Positions 17,922-28,495 of a stretch of DNA of 64,000 nucleotides are shown here, in pieces. Below the pieces are notes generated by a model that did not search any database, was not told the origin of the DNA, and saw only the letters and a program-made list of their open reading frames with translations. Each line of letters starts with the position of its first letter. The stretch's first letter is position 1. This DNA is from a bacterium (GTDB lineage: Bacteria > Patescibacteriota > Patescibacteriia > JACPHY01), in assembly GCA_030646955.1 (NCBI GenBank), contig JAUSKM010000015.1, positions 285 through 64,284 on the forward strand, given 5' to 3'. The position numbers and the translations under genes are program-made.

Positions 17922-20342
17922 CTACCCCAGCTGTGACCGCTCCATGATCTCCTGCTCCACGAGCATGCGATCGCGTCCGTAGGTGAGGCGCGAGAGCTGC
18001 CGAATGGCATCCGCCACCTTGGGATCGCCGTGCGGCGGCGGACGCGTGTAGAAATTGAACGGCCGCTGCGCGGTGTTGTCAATCATGAGTCGGATGTACG
18101 CATTGCGCGCCTCGATGTTCATGACATCGTGCTGCGTCACGGGCGGGCCAAGCTGTGTCGCGATGGTCTCCGCATCGTCCACACCCACGCGGAAGCTCAC
18201 AACGGAGCCCACGTTCCCAAAAATCGCATCACGCACAGCCGTGTCGTTGTTCTGCACGAGCTGGCCAATGTACTGATGCGCCATGATAAGGTTCAACCGG
18301 TACTTGCGCGCCTCGGCAAGAATGGTCGCAATGGAATCGGTTACGAAGTTCTGAAACTCGTCAATGTAGAGGTAGAAGTCCTTGCGATCCGCCTCTGGCA
18401 TGTCCGCACGCGCGAGCGCGGCGATCTGCAATTTCGTCACACAGATGAGACCCAGGAGCTTCGCGTTCATCTCGCCCACTTTGCCCTTTGAGAGGTTCAC
18501 GAGCAGAATCTTTTGCTTGTCCATTATTTCACGGAAATCAATGCCGGAATGTTGCTGACCGATGATGTTGCGCACCATCGTATTCTCAATAAACCTGCCG
18601 ATCTTTGAAACGAGGTACGGAAGCATCTCGCCCTTGGTCTGACTGCTCGTCTGGGGCAGCTCTTTCTCCCAGAAGGCGCGCACGATAGGATCCGTCACCT
18701 GCTGAAGTTTGAGCTTCTGGTACCCCTCGTCCGTAAGGATGCGTGGGATTTCCACGAGCGTCCCCGGGTTCTGCATGTCCGCCATGAGCGTAATCATCGC
18801 GTTGCGCATGTAATGCTCAAACATCGGCCCGATCATCTGCGGATCGGAGACGAGCTTGTAGAAGATTGCGATCATCTCCTGCGTCGCAAAATCAATCGCC
18901 TCCGGCGTTTTTGCTTCCAGCATGTTGAGGCCTACCGGCCGCTCAACATCGGACGGGTCAAAAACAACAACATCACCCGCGCGCTCCTTGGGGATGTTCG
19001 GAAGCACGTCCTCCACGAACGAGCCGTGCGGATCAATGACGCACACACCCTTTCCGGCGCGAATGTCCTGGATCACCATGTTCAACATGATGTTGGTCTT
19101 TCCGACGCCCGTGCTCCCGATGAGGTACATGTGCCGCTGGCGATCCTGCTGCTTCATGCGTACCGTCACGTTACGGCCGCGGTATGACGCATCGCCCAAA
19201 ATGACGCCCTCCGTGGGGAGTGATACTGGCGGTGCTGCACGCCGTGCGCCGAGCCATTCAATGTTCGGCGTCTGCGCGGACGGCAGCGGGAGATGCCACA
19301 CACTCGCCATCTCCTCTGTATTGAGCACCACACGCTGCCGCTCATCAAACTGGCGGTACACAAAGCGGCGGATGCGTGCATCATCCGCGCTGGCCTTCCC
19401 CACCACGAACATGTTGCCGTACTCGGGCATCCCGTACTGCGCAAACGCCTGCGTGATGGAATTGAGGACGAGATCTGTACGCTCTGCCGTTGCTGCAGAT
19501 GCAACGATACGGACGTTCGCATCGAGTCCAAACTTTGATGCCTTCTCCTCCAATCCCTTCACGATCTCCTGCTCCATGGGTGAGAGCTGGTGCTGCTCTT
19601 TTTCTTTCGTACCGCCACCGATACCCGCGATTGCTCTCCACGATGTGCCACCTGCGGCATCCTTCCCCTGCTGCATGTCGCGCGCTTTCTGCACCCCGCC
19701 CGAACGCCACGAGCGGCGTGCAGACCGGACGACGAACTGCATCGCCGCACCCTCCTGCTCGCCAATCTTGCTCATCGCATTCGTGAGCGCATCGAGCGGA
19801 TCGGATTCCATCTTGCGGTAGGACTTGATGGGGTAGTATCCCGCGCGCTTGAATGTCACCGTCGCACCGCGAATAACGCCGTGCGGCTGGAAAATATTGT
19901 AGTCACTCGCCTCACTCATCGAGGCATCGGGCTCCTGCGCATGGAGCTGCTCCTCAATATACCCCTGGTGCCGGCGCGGTATTGCAATGTAAAACTGTAC
20001 CTTGCCGGCGGACGCAACAATTTCGAACGCGAACGTATCATCGCGCCCAAAGAGCCAGGCCTTCAGTCCGCGCTGGGCGTGCAGTCCCGCAATCGCGGTA
20101 AAAAACGCCTCGGTCTGCGCGATGGATTCCTGAATTTGCTGCGAGTTTGCCACGCCCTGCTCCTCCTCACGACCGCGCTCGCGCGGGACAAGCACCTTGA
20201 GCACCACCAAATCAAATGTCCGCACGACGGAGACGTGGTGCCGGGCAATCGCTCGCACGATGAACAGCGCCACTATGAACGCACTGCCGGCGCCGAGAAA
20301 CACCGCGAGCGCGATGAGAATCTGGAAAATAGACAGCGTCAT
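17922..20342 (-). CDS. Type IV coupling protein-like ATPase (TraD/TraG/VirD4 family), N-terminal TM helices
   Basis: TM segment MTLSIFQILIALAVFLGAGSAFIVALFIV. Walker A YLIGSTGVGKTNIM, VIDPHGSF, Walker B FYLYIDEFQNF, and the T4CP-like motif ARKYRLNLIMAHQYIGQL. Confidence 0.55.
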   Translation of the reverse strand: MTLSIFQILIALAVFLGAGSAFIVALFIVRAIARHHVSVVRTFDLVVLKVLVPRERGREEEQGVANSQQIQESIAQTEAFFTAIAGLHAQRGLKAWLFGRDDTFAFEIVASAGKVQFYIAIPRRHQGYIEEQLHAQEPDASMSEASDYNIFQPHGVIRGATVTFKRAGYYPIKSYRKMESDPLDALTNAMSKIGEQEGAAMQFVVRSARRSWRSGGVQKARDMQQGKDAAGGTSWRAIAGIGGGTKEKEQHQLSPMEQEIVKGLEEKASKFGLDANVRIVASAATAERTDLVLNSITQAFAQYGMPEYGNMFVVGKASADDARIRRFVYRQFDERQRVVLNTEEMASVWHLPLPSAQTPNIEWLGARRAAPPVSLPTEGVILGDASYRGRNVTVRMKQQDRQRHMYLIGSTGVGKTNIMLNMVIQDIRAGKGVCVIDPHGSFVEDVLPNIPKERAGDVVVFDPSDVERPVGLNMLEAKTPEAIDFATQEMIAIFYKLVSDPQMIGPMFEHYMRNAMITLMADMQNPGTLVEIPRILTDEGYQKLKLQQVTDPIVRAFWEKELPQTSSQTKGEMLPYLVSKIGRFIENTMVRNIIGQQHSGIDFREIMDKQKILLVNLSKGKVGEMNAKLLGLICVTKLQIAALARADMPEADRKDFYLYIDEFQNFVTDSIATILAEARKYRLNLIMAHQYIGQLVQNNDTAVRDAIFGNVGSVVSFRVGVDDAETIATQLGPPVTQHDVMNIEARNAYIRLMIDNTAQRPFNFYTRPPPHGDPKVADAIRQLSRLTYGRDRMLVEQEIMERSQLG

Positions 20343-20359
20343 GCGTACGAGCGCGATGC

Positions 20360-20809
20360 TTACTTCTGCTTCCGGGCGAGCGCGAGGATTGCGTCGGTCT
20401 TCACCTTTGCTTCTTGCGTAAGAAACCACCGGTTGAGCCGCGGGATGACGTGCAGCCATCGAACGATGTCTCCGTGCGCTTCCCGCACATCCACCGGACC
20501 ACGCACGAACATGGCTTCAAGGCGTTCTGCAAGACGGCTGGCAGCGCCACGGAATGCTTGCTGCACCTGCGGGTCCAAACCCATGTAGAGCGCCTTGAGC
20601 TGCTCATCTGCCAATGCAATCTCAATGTCTTCACGCAATGGTGATTTCTGCACGCGCGGCGCCGCCGAGGATTGCGGAATCGACGCGCGCGCTGCAGGCG
20701 ACGCGCTGGCACGCTCCGGCGCTGCCGGGCGTTGCTCGAGCTGTTCCGTGATGCGCGCGAGGGTGCGCGGCTGCTCGACAATCGGTTGTTCCGGTGATCC
20801 GAGCGGCAT
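20360..20809 (-). CDS. Hypothetical protein upstream of T4CP-like gene
   Basis: 149-aa ORF ending 18 bp before the T4CP-like start. No recognisable motifs. Confidence 0.45.
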   Translation of the reverse strand: MPLGSPEQPIVEQPRTLARITEQLEQRPAAPERASASPAARASIPQSSAAPRVQKSPLREDIEIALADEQLKALYMGLDPQVQQAFRGAASRLAERLEAMFVRGPVDVREAHGDIVRWLHVIPRLNRWFLTQEAKVKTDAILALARKQK

Positions 20810-20866
20810 AGCGACGATATTCGTGCTTCCAGTATACCACTTTGGTATGCATCCCGACGACCCCGC

Positions 20867-22306
20867 CTATGCCCCCCCTCGAACCTTCGGCCCGTCTTGC
20901 GTATCTTCAACGGTGTACCCCAGCGCGGCAATCTGCGCGCGGAGACGATCAGCGCGTGCCCAATCCTTCTCGGTGCGTGCGTGCTCTCGCGCACGCACGA
21001 GCTCCAGCACCTCCGGCGGAACGACGAATGGTTTACCCAAAACGTCGCGCAGCCCTAGTGCAAATACCTCATCCGCATACGCAACGAACGCGCTCTGCTC
21101 CACGGTTCGCTCGCTCTTCTTGAGGCATTCCCAGAGCAACGCGAGCGCTTTTGGCGTGTCGAGATCGTCGTTCATGGCATCCAAGAACCGCTCGGTGGTC
21201 TTGTGCACCTTCACCTTCAGCTGCGCGCTCACGCGTACCGGCGGCTTGGGGAATTCGCGGCACTGTGTTCGCAGATGCTCCAGCGCATGCTGCGCAGCGG
21301 TGAGGGATTCCCAGGTAAAGTTGAGCGGCGAACGGTAGTGCGCGCCCAGCACCAAATACCGATATGCAAGCGGATCAATCCCCCGCTCAATCAACTGCGT
21401 GATGGTAATGAGGTTCCCCTCGGACTTCCCCATGCGCTTGCCGTCCACGGTCAGGAATGCGCCATGGAGCCAATACGCTGCGAGCGGCTTCCCGTACGCC
21501 GCTTCGGACTGCGCAATCTCGTTCGTGTGATGGACGGGAATGTGATCAATCCCGCCCGTGTGGATATCAAACGGCTGCCCCAACAGCTCACGGCTCATGA
21601 CGGAGCACTCCAAATGCCACCCGGGGAACCCTGTCCCCCACGGCGATTCCCACTCCTGCTGACGTTTCCTCTGTTCCCCCCCCTCCCGCTGGAAGGGGGG
21701 GCTGGGGGGGGTAGGGTTTGAAAGTTTCCACAGCGCGAAATCGTGCGGCAATCGCTTCTCGCCCACCGCAACGCGCATACCGCCCGCCTTCTCCTCCAGC
21801 TTCTGACCGCGGAACGCCGTGCCGTAGGACGCGAGCTTCGCGGTGTCAAAATACACACCGTCCGATGTCGTATAGGTGTACCCCTGCTTCTCCAAACGCT
21901 CTACCAGCGCAATCTGCTGCGCGATGTACTCCGTTGCCTTGGGCATCGCGTCTGGTGTGAGGATGTGCAGCCGCTCAAGGTCCTGCAGGAATGCCTGCGT
22001 GTAAAAATCCGCCAGTTCCCGCGCAGACTGCTTGCGCTGCGCAGCTGCGCGTTCCAATTTATCCTCGCCGGTATCCGCGTCGCCCACGAGATGTCCTACG
22101 TCCGTAATGTTCATGACGTGCTTCACCCGCAACCCATTGAGCAGGAGCGTCCGCCGAAGCACATCCGCAAACACGTACGACCGCAAATTCCCAACGTGCG
22201 CAAAATCGTACACCGTCGGCCCGCACGTGTACACGCGAACGCTCCGACCGCGCAGCGGCCGGAACGGTTCGATCGTCTTGGTGAGGGAGTTATGGAGCGC
22301 GAGCAT
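20867..22306 (-). CDS. cysS: Cysteine--tRNA ligase
   Basis: MLALHNSLTKTIEPFRP...VYTCGPTVYDFAHVGN...WESPWGTGFPGWHLECS...KMGKSEGN carries the HIGH/KMSKS-class motifs. Contains a GC-hairpin insertion. Confidence 0.9.
   Translation of the reverse strand: MLALHNSLTKTIEPFRPLRGRSVRVYTCGPTVYDFAHVGNLRSYVFADVLRRTLLLNGLRVKHVMNITDVGHLVGDADTGEDKLERAAAQRKQSARELADFYTQAFLQDLERLHILTPDAMPKATEYIAQQIALVERLEKQGYTYTTSDGVYFDTAKLASYGTAFRGQKLEEKAGGMRVAVGEKRLPHDFALWKLSNPTPPSPPFQREGGEQRKRQQEWESPWGTGFPGWHLECSVMSRELLGQPFDIHTGGIDHIPVHHTNEIAQSEAAYGKPLAAYWLHGAFLTVDGKRMGKSEGNLITITQLIERGIDPLAYRYLVLGAHYRSPLNFTWESLTAAQHALEHLRTQCREFPKPPVRVSAQLKVKVHKTTERFLDAMNDDLDTPKALALLWECLKKSERTVEQSAFVAYADEVFALGLRDVLGKPFVVPPEVLELVRAREHARTEKDWARADRLRAQIAALGYTVEDTQDGPKVRGGA
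21674..21712. repeat. GC-rich hairpin inserted in-frame in cysS
   Basis: ttccccccccctcccgctggaagggggggctgggggggg. It encodes the extra NPTPPSPPFQREGGEQRKRQQE preceding the conserved WESPWG. Confidence 0.55.
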
Positions 22307-22307
22307 G

Positions 22308-23927
22308 CTAAGGTGCGAGGCGGGCGCAAATGGCGTACGATGTTGCTGTTCTGTTGAAAGCGGTGCCATTTCGATACCCGCATCCCCAGCTCTGACCTGT
22401 GGTAACTGGATACGAATGCAGTAGTTGCATCGCTCCGGACCCGTCATCTTTACATCCGCCACCGATCCTTTGGCCGGCGGCACAAGTCACGACCCCAGAC
22501 GCAGTTACTGCATTTGCTGGAACACTGAAAGAGCTTTCAATGATTGTGAGACCGATGGATAGATTTCCATCGATCGTTGTATTTCCGTACACGTGCAGCT
22601 TTGCTGTATCGGTTCCCAAGAATCCACCAATGCCCAACCGATCATCGATGCGCTCGTCTCCATACACACGCAACTTCACCCCGGAAGGCGCTGCACCACC
22701 AATACCAACACCCAACGCACCACCCCCGACATGGAGTCGGTTGATCGTACCCAACGCATTCGAGAGCTTCAATTCACCCTCTTCGCTCACTTCCAATATC
22801 GGATCCGCCTGTAGGGGGGTGTAGCTATTGTGCTGCCCCAACACCCTAAACCAACTCGCTCCAACGTCATTCCCATCCGCATCAATCTGCACCTCCGCAT
22901 TTGCGGTGCTGGACATCACAAGAGGCGCGGTAACGTTGAGGGTAGATGCATGCACAAATCCCAATTGCGCACTCTTGTCATCGCGCAGCCGTAACGTAGA
23001 TGTTCCATCAGACGTCGCCACCGTCAATGCGCTCCCAGGATTCGCGTTTGTTGCATTCACCTTGAATTGAATATTTCCACTCGCATCAACATAGAAATTT
23101 CCGGCCGTTACATCAAGATTGGCCTGTGTCCCATTCCCCGCGATTTCCACTTTTCCCGCACGCGCAGTTCCCGCAATCCAGAGGTCACTCCCGCTGGTGC
23201 TCGTCTGCCCCGCTGGTGCGATGACGAGATCCGTAAGGGATACAAAATCGCCCGTTGCACCCGCTGCCGGCCACGCGCCGCGGCAGTCGCCCTGGAGACA
23301 GAGCTGGCCGGTGGTGGCGATGTCGCCCGCGACCCACAGCTTCCTGCTCGCATCCGGCGTAGCGCCGATGCCAACGTTACCCGTGACACCACTCACGTGC
23401 ATGCGCACCGCGGCACTCGTTCCAGAAACGGTACTCAACGTGAGATCTGCTGGAGGTGCCGATGACGACGCTGGCATGGCGACAATCGAGCCCCCCTGAA
23501 CGTAGAGTGCTGGTCCGACAAGTACCCCTTTCCCCGCCTGTCCGTACGCGTAGAGAAATCCGTTAGCGCTCGAAACGTACGCATCACCCGCGGCGTTCTG
23601 CACGCTGAAGTCGGACGAGCCCCGCATGATGAATCTCTCATTTTCCCCGTACAGATACCCGGATCCTTCGCTGCCCTGCAGGATGATGTTCCCACTCGCA
23701 AGGACGTTTGCCGCTTGCAATGCACCGCTGATGACAATGTTGCCCGTTTGCGTCTCTGGGGTCCCTGCGCCCCCCTGCAACCATACAAACCCCGGCGGAT
23801 TACCGGACGGAGGCGCTTGCCCTGGCTCCTGCCACTGCGCGTACGCGGACGATGCAAGTCCCGCAACCCCGAGGAAGAGGGCGACCACAAACATTGCGTA
23901 TGGGTGGTGACGGTTGGATGATTGCAT
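22308..23927 (-). CDS. Secreted beta-helix-like repeat protein (tail-fibre/adhesin-like), C-terminal Cys-containing domain
   Basis: Signal peptide MQSSNRHHPYAMFVVALFLGVAGLASSAYAQ. Long G/S/T/N-rich repeats (GNIVISG...ASGNIILQG...) and a C-terminal GCKDDGSGAMQLL...WGCGYRNG. Confidence 0.55.
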   Translation of the reverse strand: MQSSNRHHPYAMFVVALFLGVAGLASSAYAQWQEPGQAPPSGNPPGFVWLQGGAGTPETQTGNIVISGALQAANVLASGNIILQGSEGSGYLYGENERFIMRGSSDFSVQNAAGDAYVSSANGFLYAYGQAGKGVLVGPALYVQGGSIVAMPASSSAPPADLTLSTVSGTSAAVRMHVSGVTGNVGIGATPDASRKLWVAGDIATTGQLCLQGDCRGAWPAAGATGDFVSLTDLVIAPAGQTSTSGSDLWIAGTARAGKVEIAGNGTQANLDVTAGNFYVDASGNIQFKVNATNANPGSALTVATSDGTSTLRLRDDKSAQLGFVHASTLNVTAPLVMSSTANAEVQIDADGNDVGASWFRVLGQHNSYTPLQADPILEVSEEGELKLSNALGTINRLHVGGGALGVGIGGAAPSGVKLRVYGDERIDDRLGIGGFLGTDTAKLHVYGNTTIDGNLSIGLTIIESSFSVPANAVTASGVVTCAAGQRIGGGCKDDGSGAMQLLHSYPVTTGQSWGCGYRNGTAFNRTATSYAICARLAP

Positions 23928-24176
23928 TCCTAGCTGCTCCACGCGAGATCCCTGGACGATCCTCGGAATGACGAGGAAAGGAAACTCTGTATGACGGGAG
24001 ATTAAAAGGGGGACCTCTGCAAAAGTTGTGTTATTGCGAGCCGAACCCGTGAAGCGTGGCAATCCCGGCGTTAGGTTGACCGAGATTGCGGAGCCTGTCC
24101 CGAGTACGCGATGGATCCGCGTGTGTGACTCCTCACCATGACACCGTAGGGTTTTTTGGAGGTCTCAAGGGACAAT

Positions 24177-24704
24177 CTACATCCGCTCCTCCCGTGGCCG
24201 ACGCGCGAGCACCATCGTGAGAATGGGGAGCACGATCCAAAGTGAACGCGCGGTATCCGTGAGGAACGCAGCGCGGGTCACCGGCGCGAACTGCTGCGTG
24301 ATGGTGGCGGGGAGGAACGAGAGCGTCACGGACACGAGCAATCCAACGTGGAGGATACTGAATACGAACACCTGCCAGAACGGCCCATCGTACCCGCCAA
24401 TCGCCCACGACATCGCGCTGCGGGAGAGCAGGAAAAAAATGAAGAGCAGCACGCCGAGGAATACCGTCACACGGAACACGAACGATGGCCCCACCGCTAC
24501 CTGCACCATTGTTCCGCTCACCTCATGGAACCACGGCACGGTGTGTACAACCGCGAGCGCCATGTAAATGGCCACGATGATCGCCAAAATCCGGTCACGT
24601 CCCAACGAGACGCCGTAGAGCAAAGAAAAAACGACAAAGAACAGGATGATGAAGAGATCCCACGTTGGCGAAGCAAAATTGAACTGAGGAAGCCAAGAAG
24701 ACAT
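24177..24704 (-). CDS. Hypothetical membrane protein (about 5 TM helices)
   Basis: 175-aa strongly hydrophobic ORF. Confidence 0.5.
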   Translation of the reverse strand: MSSWLPQFNFASPTWDLFIILFFVVFSLLYGVSLGRDRILAIIVAIYMALAVVHTVPWFHEVSGTMVQVAVGPSFVFRVTVFLGVLLFIFFLLSRSAMSWAIGGYDGPFWQVFVFSILHVGLLVSVTLSFLPATITQQFAPVTRAAFLTDTARSLWIVLPILTMVLARRPREERM

Positions 24705-24802
24705 ACTACTGCGCAGTCATCCACAGTATAGCACGCTGGGCAGAGTACGCACCGTAGAAATAATTTCTGAACGGGATAGAGGACGTTGTGGGTACCCTTG
24801 AT

Positions 24803-24966
24803 AGCCGGAATTGCCACGTCGAGGACTCCTCGCAATGACAATACCGGTGTCATTGCGAGTCCGCGAAGCAATCCCGGCCATGTGCAGCACTGTGCTGCGT
24901 CGCCATCGCAAGAGTCCTGCTATGGCCGGGATTGCTTCGTCGCTTCGCTCCTCGCAATGACAACGT
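24803..24966. repeat. Cluster of at least three MITE-like modules (GTCATTGCGAG...GCGAAGCAATCCCGGCCAT and inverses)
   Basis: ccggaattgccacgtcgaggactcctcgcaatgaca / gtcattgcgagtccgcgaagcaatcccggccat / atggccgggattgcttcgtcgcttcgctcctcgcaatgacaacg, lying between the membrane-protein gene and the dnaJ stop. Confidence 0.65.
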
Positions 24967-24998
24967 GGGCGTGACGAGGGGAATGACGGCTTCACGTA

Positions 24999-26090
24999 TT
25001 ACTCCGCGCTCCGTAGATCCTCCCACAGTTGCTTTGCTTTCCGCGAGAGCTTCTCGGGGATCTTCACGTCTACGGTGACGATGTGATCGCCGCGGCTGCC
25101 ACTGCGCCTTGGCACGCCCTTATGTTTCAATCGAAGCTGATCACCGGGCTGCGTGCCCGTAGGGATTTTGAGCGCGACATCGCCGTCCACCGTGGGAACA
25201 TCCACGGTGTCCCCAAGTGCCGCTTGCGGCGCGCTGACTGCCACCTGCGACCGAATCGTCTCGCCGTCGCGCGTGAACCGTGCATCGGGACGCACGCGAA
25301 GACGTACGTAGAGGCTCCCCGCCGCGCCGCCACGCCCTGCTGCTTCCCCGCCGCCACGCATCTCCAGCACGGTGCCGTCGTCCACGCCCGGAGGAACCTC
25401 AATCGCGAGGTCATCCGAGCGCACCTGCGTCCCGCTCCCACGGCACGTCGCGCACTTCGTTTTTGGTACCTTGCCCGCACCCTCGCACGCCGGACACGCA
25501 CGCACCTGCTGGAATGCGCCAAAGATGGTCTGCTGGACCTGTCGCACACGACCTGCGCCGCCGCATTGGCTGCACGATTGCACGTCCGTCCCCTTCTCCG
25601 CGCCGGTCCCGTGGCACTCTCGACACTCCACCCGCCGCTCCAACGTGAGTGTTTTGCGCACGCCAAAAATCGCCTCCGCAAAATGAATCTCCATCGCAAC
25701 TTCCAAATCCCGCCCGCGCCGCTGTCGAGCGCCGCCGCGCTGCCCCATCCCAAAGATGTCGCCGAGGCCGCCGCTAAAAGCCCCCGAGAAGAGGTCCTCA
25801 AAGTTCACGCCGGTCGCCTCCGCCCAATTGGAAAAATCGCCGAAGCCCTCAAAGCCCCGGAACCCGCCCTGCGCGCGCGCCTGCTCAAACGTGTGGCCGT
25901 ACTGATCGTACTGCTGGCGCTTCTCCACGTTTGAGAGAATCTGGTACGCCTCGCTGATTTCCTTGAATTTTTCCGGATCCCCACCCTTGTCCGGATGATG
26001 CTGCTGCGCGAGCTTCCGAAATGCGCGCTTCACCTCATCCGCCGATGCGGATTTAGCAACGCCGAGTGTATTGTAGTAGTCCTTGGCCAT
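24999..26090 (-). CDS. dnaJ: Chaperone DnaJ
   Basis: MAKDYYNTLGV...HHPDKGG J-domain. Four CxxCxGxG zinc-finger repeats. Typical C-terminal domains. Confidence 0.9.
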   Translation of the reverse strand: MAKDYYNTLGVAKSASADEVKRAFRKLAQQHHPDKGGDPEKFKEISEAYQILSNVEKRQQYDQYGHTFEQARAQGGFRGFEGFGDFSNWAEATGVNFEDLFSGAFSGGLGDIFGMGQRGGARQRRGRDLEVAMEIHFAEAIFGVRKTLTLERRVECRECHGTGAEKGTDVQSCSQCGGAGRVRQVQQTIFGAFQQVRACPACEGAGKVPKTKCATCRGSGTQVRSDDLAIEVPPGVDDGTVLEMRGGGEAAGRGGAAGSLYVRLRVRPDARFTRDGETIRSQVAVSAPQAALGDTVDVPTVDGDVALKIPTGTQPGDQLRLKHKGVPRRSGSRGDHIVTVDVKIPEKLSRKAKQLWEDLRSAE

Positions 26091-26099
26091 AGGGAAGAT

Positions 26100-26140
26100 G
26101 CTAGCTGCTGGCTGCTAGCAGCTAGCAGCTAGATACTAGC
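26100..26140. promoter_or_regulatory. GCTAGC-rich palindromic region immediately upstream of dnaJ start, including a perfect 12-bp palindrome GCTGCTAGCAGC (26111-26122)
   Basis: gctagctgctggctgctagcagctagcagctagatactagc. No CIRCE is present here. Related AGCAGCTAG motifs precede the pyrG and beta-helix gene starts. Confidence 0.3.
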
Positions 26141-26189
26141 ACCATCGCTCATCACCGTAGCATGCTGCTGCGCGATGGACAATCATTTC

Positions 26190-26312
26190 CCCTCCCTCTC
26201 CGCTTCCAGGGGAGCGGTGGTGCGATACCGCGCCACCGCACAGTCATACATGGCCACCTCTCCCCCTCTAGCTCCCCCTCCCCCCATGAGTACGTGCGGG
26301 GAGGGGGAGGAC
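26190..26312. repeat. Composite GC-rich hairpin element (about 120 bp), intergenic dnaK/dnaJ
   Basis: cctccctctccgcttccaggggagcgg...catggccacctctccccctctagctccccctcccccatgagtacgtgcggggagggggagg. Near-identical to 45800-45878 and, inverted, to 60161-60240. Confidence 0.65.
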
Positions 26313-26579
26313 AAGAACATCGGAGTCGCTGGAGACACTTTTCGCATCCGCCACAAATGGAAGCGCCAGCGCGATACCAAGCATCGCGAGGATCAACACC
26401 TTCGTACGACGTTGCATACAAAACTGCGGAAAATAAAAAAGCCGTCCGGCACAACGGCACAGGCGCGGCGTGCCTATACACTGTTGATGGTATACCCCCC
26501 CACAACACTGTAAAGGGTACGTCACGCACACCAGCGGAGCCGTTTCCGGCTCCGCTGGTGTCGCGTTATGCACTGCGCG

Positions 26580-28427
26580 TTATTCTTTCTCCTTGAAATC
26601 CGCATCCTTCGCCGCATCTTCTCCATCCGGCTTCTTCTCGGGTTCCTTGTCCCCCGTTCCTTGTTCCTTGTTCTCCTTGTACATCGCCTCGCCGATCTTG
26701 GAGAGTGCCGGTTGCAGCTCGTCCAATGCGCGCGTGATCGCGGCAATATCCTGACCATCTTTCACCTCGCGCAGCGCGCGCACTTTTGTCTCCACCTCGG
26801 TCTTCACCGTAGCATCCACCTTGTCGCCAAGATCGCGCAACGATTTCTCGGCGGTGTGGATGATCGTCTCCGCCTGATTGCGCAGCTCGATCAGTTCCTT
26901 GAGCTTCTTGTCCTCCTCGGCGTGCGCATCGGCGTCCTTCTTCATACGCCCCACTTCCGCATCGGAGAGCTTTGCGGAACCGGAGATGGTAATCTTCTGC
27001 TCCTTGCTGGTTGCCTTGTCCTTCGCGGACACCGTGAGGATGCCGTTCGCATCAATGTCGAACGTCACCTCCACCTGCGGGATGCCGCGCGGTGCGGGCG
27101 GGATGCCGTCGAGCATGAACCGACCGAGCGATTTATTATCCTTCGCCATGGGCCGCTCACCCTGCAGCACATGCACCTCCACGCCCGTCTGGTTGTCCGC
27201 AGCGGTGGAGAACACCTGCGATTTGCTGGTGGGGATCGTTGCGTTGCGCTCGATGAGCGGCGTTGCAACGCCGCCGAGCGTTTCAATGGAGAGCGTGAGC
27301 GGCGTGACATCCAGGAGCAGGATATCCTTCGCGCTGGAGTCCTCGCCAGAGAGCACGCTCGCCTGAATCGCCGCGCCCTTCGCGACGCACTCCATGGGAT
27401 CCACGCCGTGCTCAATCTTCTTGCCCACAATGCTCTCCACAAGCTGCTGAACGACGGGCATGCGCGTGGGACCGCCGACCAGGATGACGCGCTCGACGGT
27501 CTGCGGCGTAATGCCTGCGTCTTTCAGCGCCCGCTCCACCGGCGCGCGGCACCGATCCACCGTGGGACGCACCAGCTCTTCCAACGTCGCGCGCGTCACC
27601 TTCACCAACAGATGTTTGGGACCATCCGCCGTCGCGGAGATAAACGGGAGGTTCACCTCCGTCTCCATGGTGGTGGAGAGTTCGATCTTTGCCTTCTCCG
27701 CCGCCTCGTGGAGGCGCTGGAGCGCCATCGCGTCCTTGCGCAAATCCACGCCGTTCGTACGATGGAACTCATCCGCAATATAGTTGAGGAGCACCTCGTC
27801 CATGTCGCGGCCACCCAGTTGCGTATCGCCAGAGGTCGAACGCACCTCAAAGACACCCTGGCTGAAATTCATGACGGTCACGTCCAGTGTGCCGCCGCCC
27901 AAATCGAACACCACCACTTGTTGCTCCTTATCCGTCACCTTATCCAGACCGTACGCGAGCGCTGCCGCGGTTGGCTCGTTGATGATACGCACCACCTCCA
28001 ACCCCGCAATGCGCCCCGCGTCCTTCGTCGCCTGGCGCTGATCGTCATCAAAGTACGCCGGCACGGTAATGACGGCTTTCTCTACTGGCTCACCAAGATA
28101 CTTCTCGGCATCCTGCTTGATCTTCTGCAACACGAACGCGGAGAGCTGCTGCGGCGTGTAGTCCTTGTCCCCCGTCTTTGCCTTCCAATCCGTCCCCATC
28201 CGACGCTTGAACCCGTGGAACGTACGATCCGGGTTGGACACCGCCTGCCGCCGCGCCGGCTCCCCCACCAACCGCTGTCCGTCCTTGGTGAACGCAACGT
28301 ACGACGGAAACGCCTTCCCGCCGATCGTGGACCCTTCCGCCGCCGGAATGATGTTCACGCTCCCCCCCTGCATCACCGCCGCGGCGGAGTTGGACGTCCC
28401 CAGGTCAATACCGATGATCTTTGGCAT
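26580..28427 (-). CDS. dnaK: Chaperone DnaK (Hsp70)
   Basis: [18 protein letters not shown]...[11 protein letters not shown]...[13 protein letters not shown]. Start set at MPKII. Confidence 0.92.
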   Translation of the reverse strand: MPKIIGIDLGTSNSAAAVMQGGSVNIIPAAEGSTIGGKAFPSYVAFTKDGQRLVGEPARRQAVSNPDRTFHGFKRRMGTDWKAKTGDKDYTPQQLSAFVLQKIKQDAEKYLGEPVEKAVITVPAYFDDDQRQATKDAGRIAGLEVVRIINEPTAAALAYGLDKVTDKEQQVVVFDLGGGTLDVTVMNFSQGVFEVRSTSGDTQLGGRDMDEVLLNYIADEFHRTNGVDLRKDAMALQRLHEAAEKAKIELSTTMETEVNLPFISATADGPKHLLVKVTRATLEELVRPTVDRCRAPVERALKDAGITPQTVERVILVGGPTRMPVVQQLVESIVGKKIEHGVDPMECVAKGAAIQASVLSGEDSSAKDILLLDVTPLTLSIETLGGVATPLIERNATIPTSKSQVFSTAADNQTGVEVHVLQGERPMAKDNKSLGRFMLDGIPPAPRGIPQVEVTFDIDANGILTVSAKDKATSKEQKITISGSAKLSDAEVGRMKKDADAHAEEDKKLKELIELRNQAETIIHTAEKSLRDLGDKVDATVKTEVETKVRALREVKDGQDIAAITRALDELQPALSKIGEAMYKENKEQGTGDKEPEKKPDGEDAAKDADFKEKE

Positions 28428-28495
28428 AGTTTTCTTGTGTGACTTCACCTACCCCGTCTTATCATTGCACGTGAAAATCTGAAGGCCTCCATCGT

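Noticed and set aside
16970-18082. N-terminal 370 codons of track ORF 16199..18082
   Set aside because: Extremely R/S/A-rich with no domain features. Only the C-terminal 256 codons (16199..16969) look like genuine protein. The plus-strand TPR ORF occupies the upstream space.
26152-26573. Small ORFs in the dnaK-dnaJ spacer (26152..26529, 26268..26573)
   Set aside because: Largely encoded by the GC-hairpin composite repeat. A possible 49-aa hydrophobic peptide (MQRRTKVLILAMLGIALALPFV...) is noted but unsupported.
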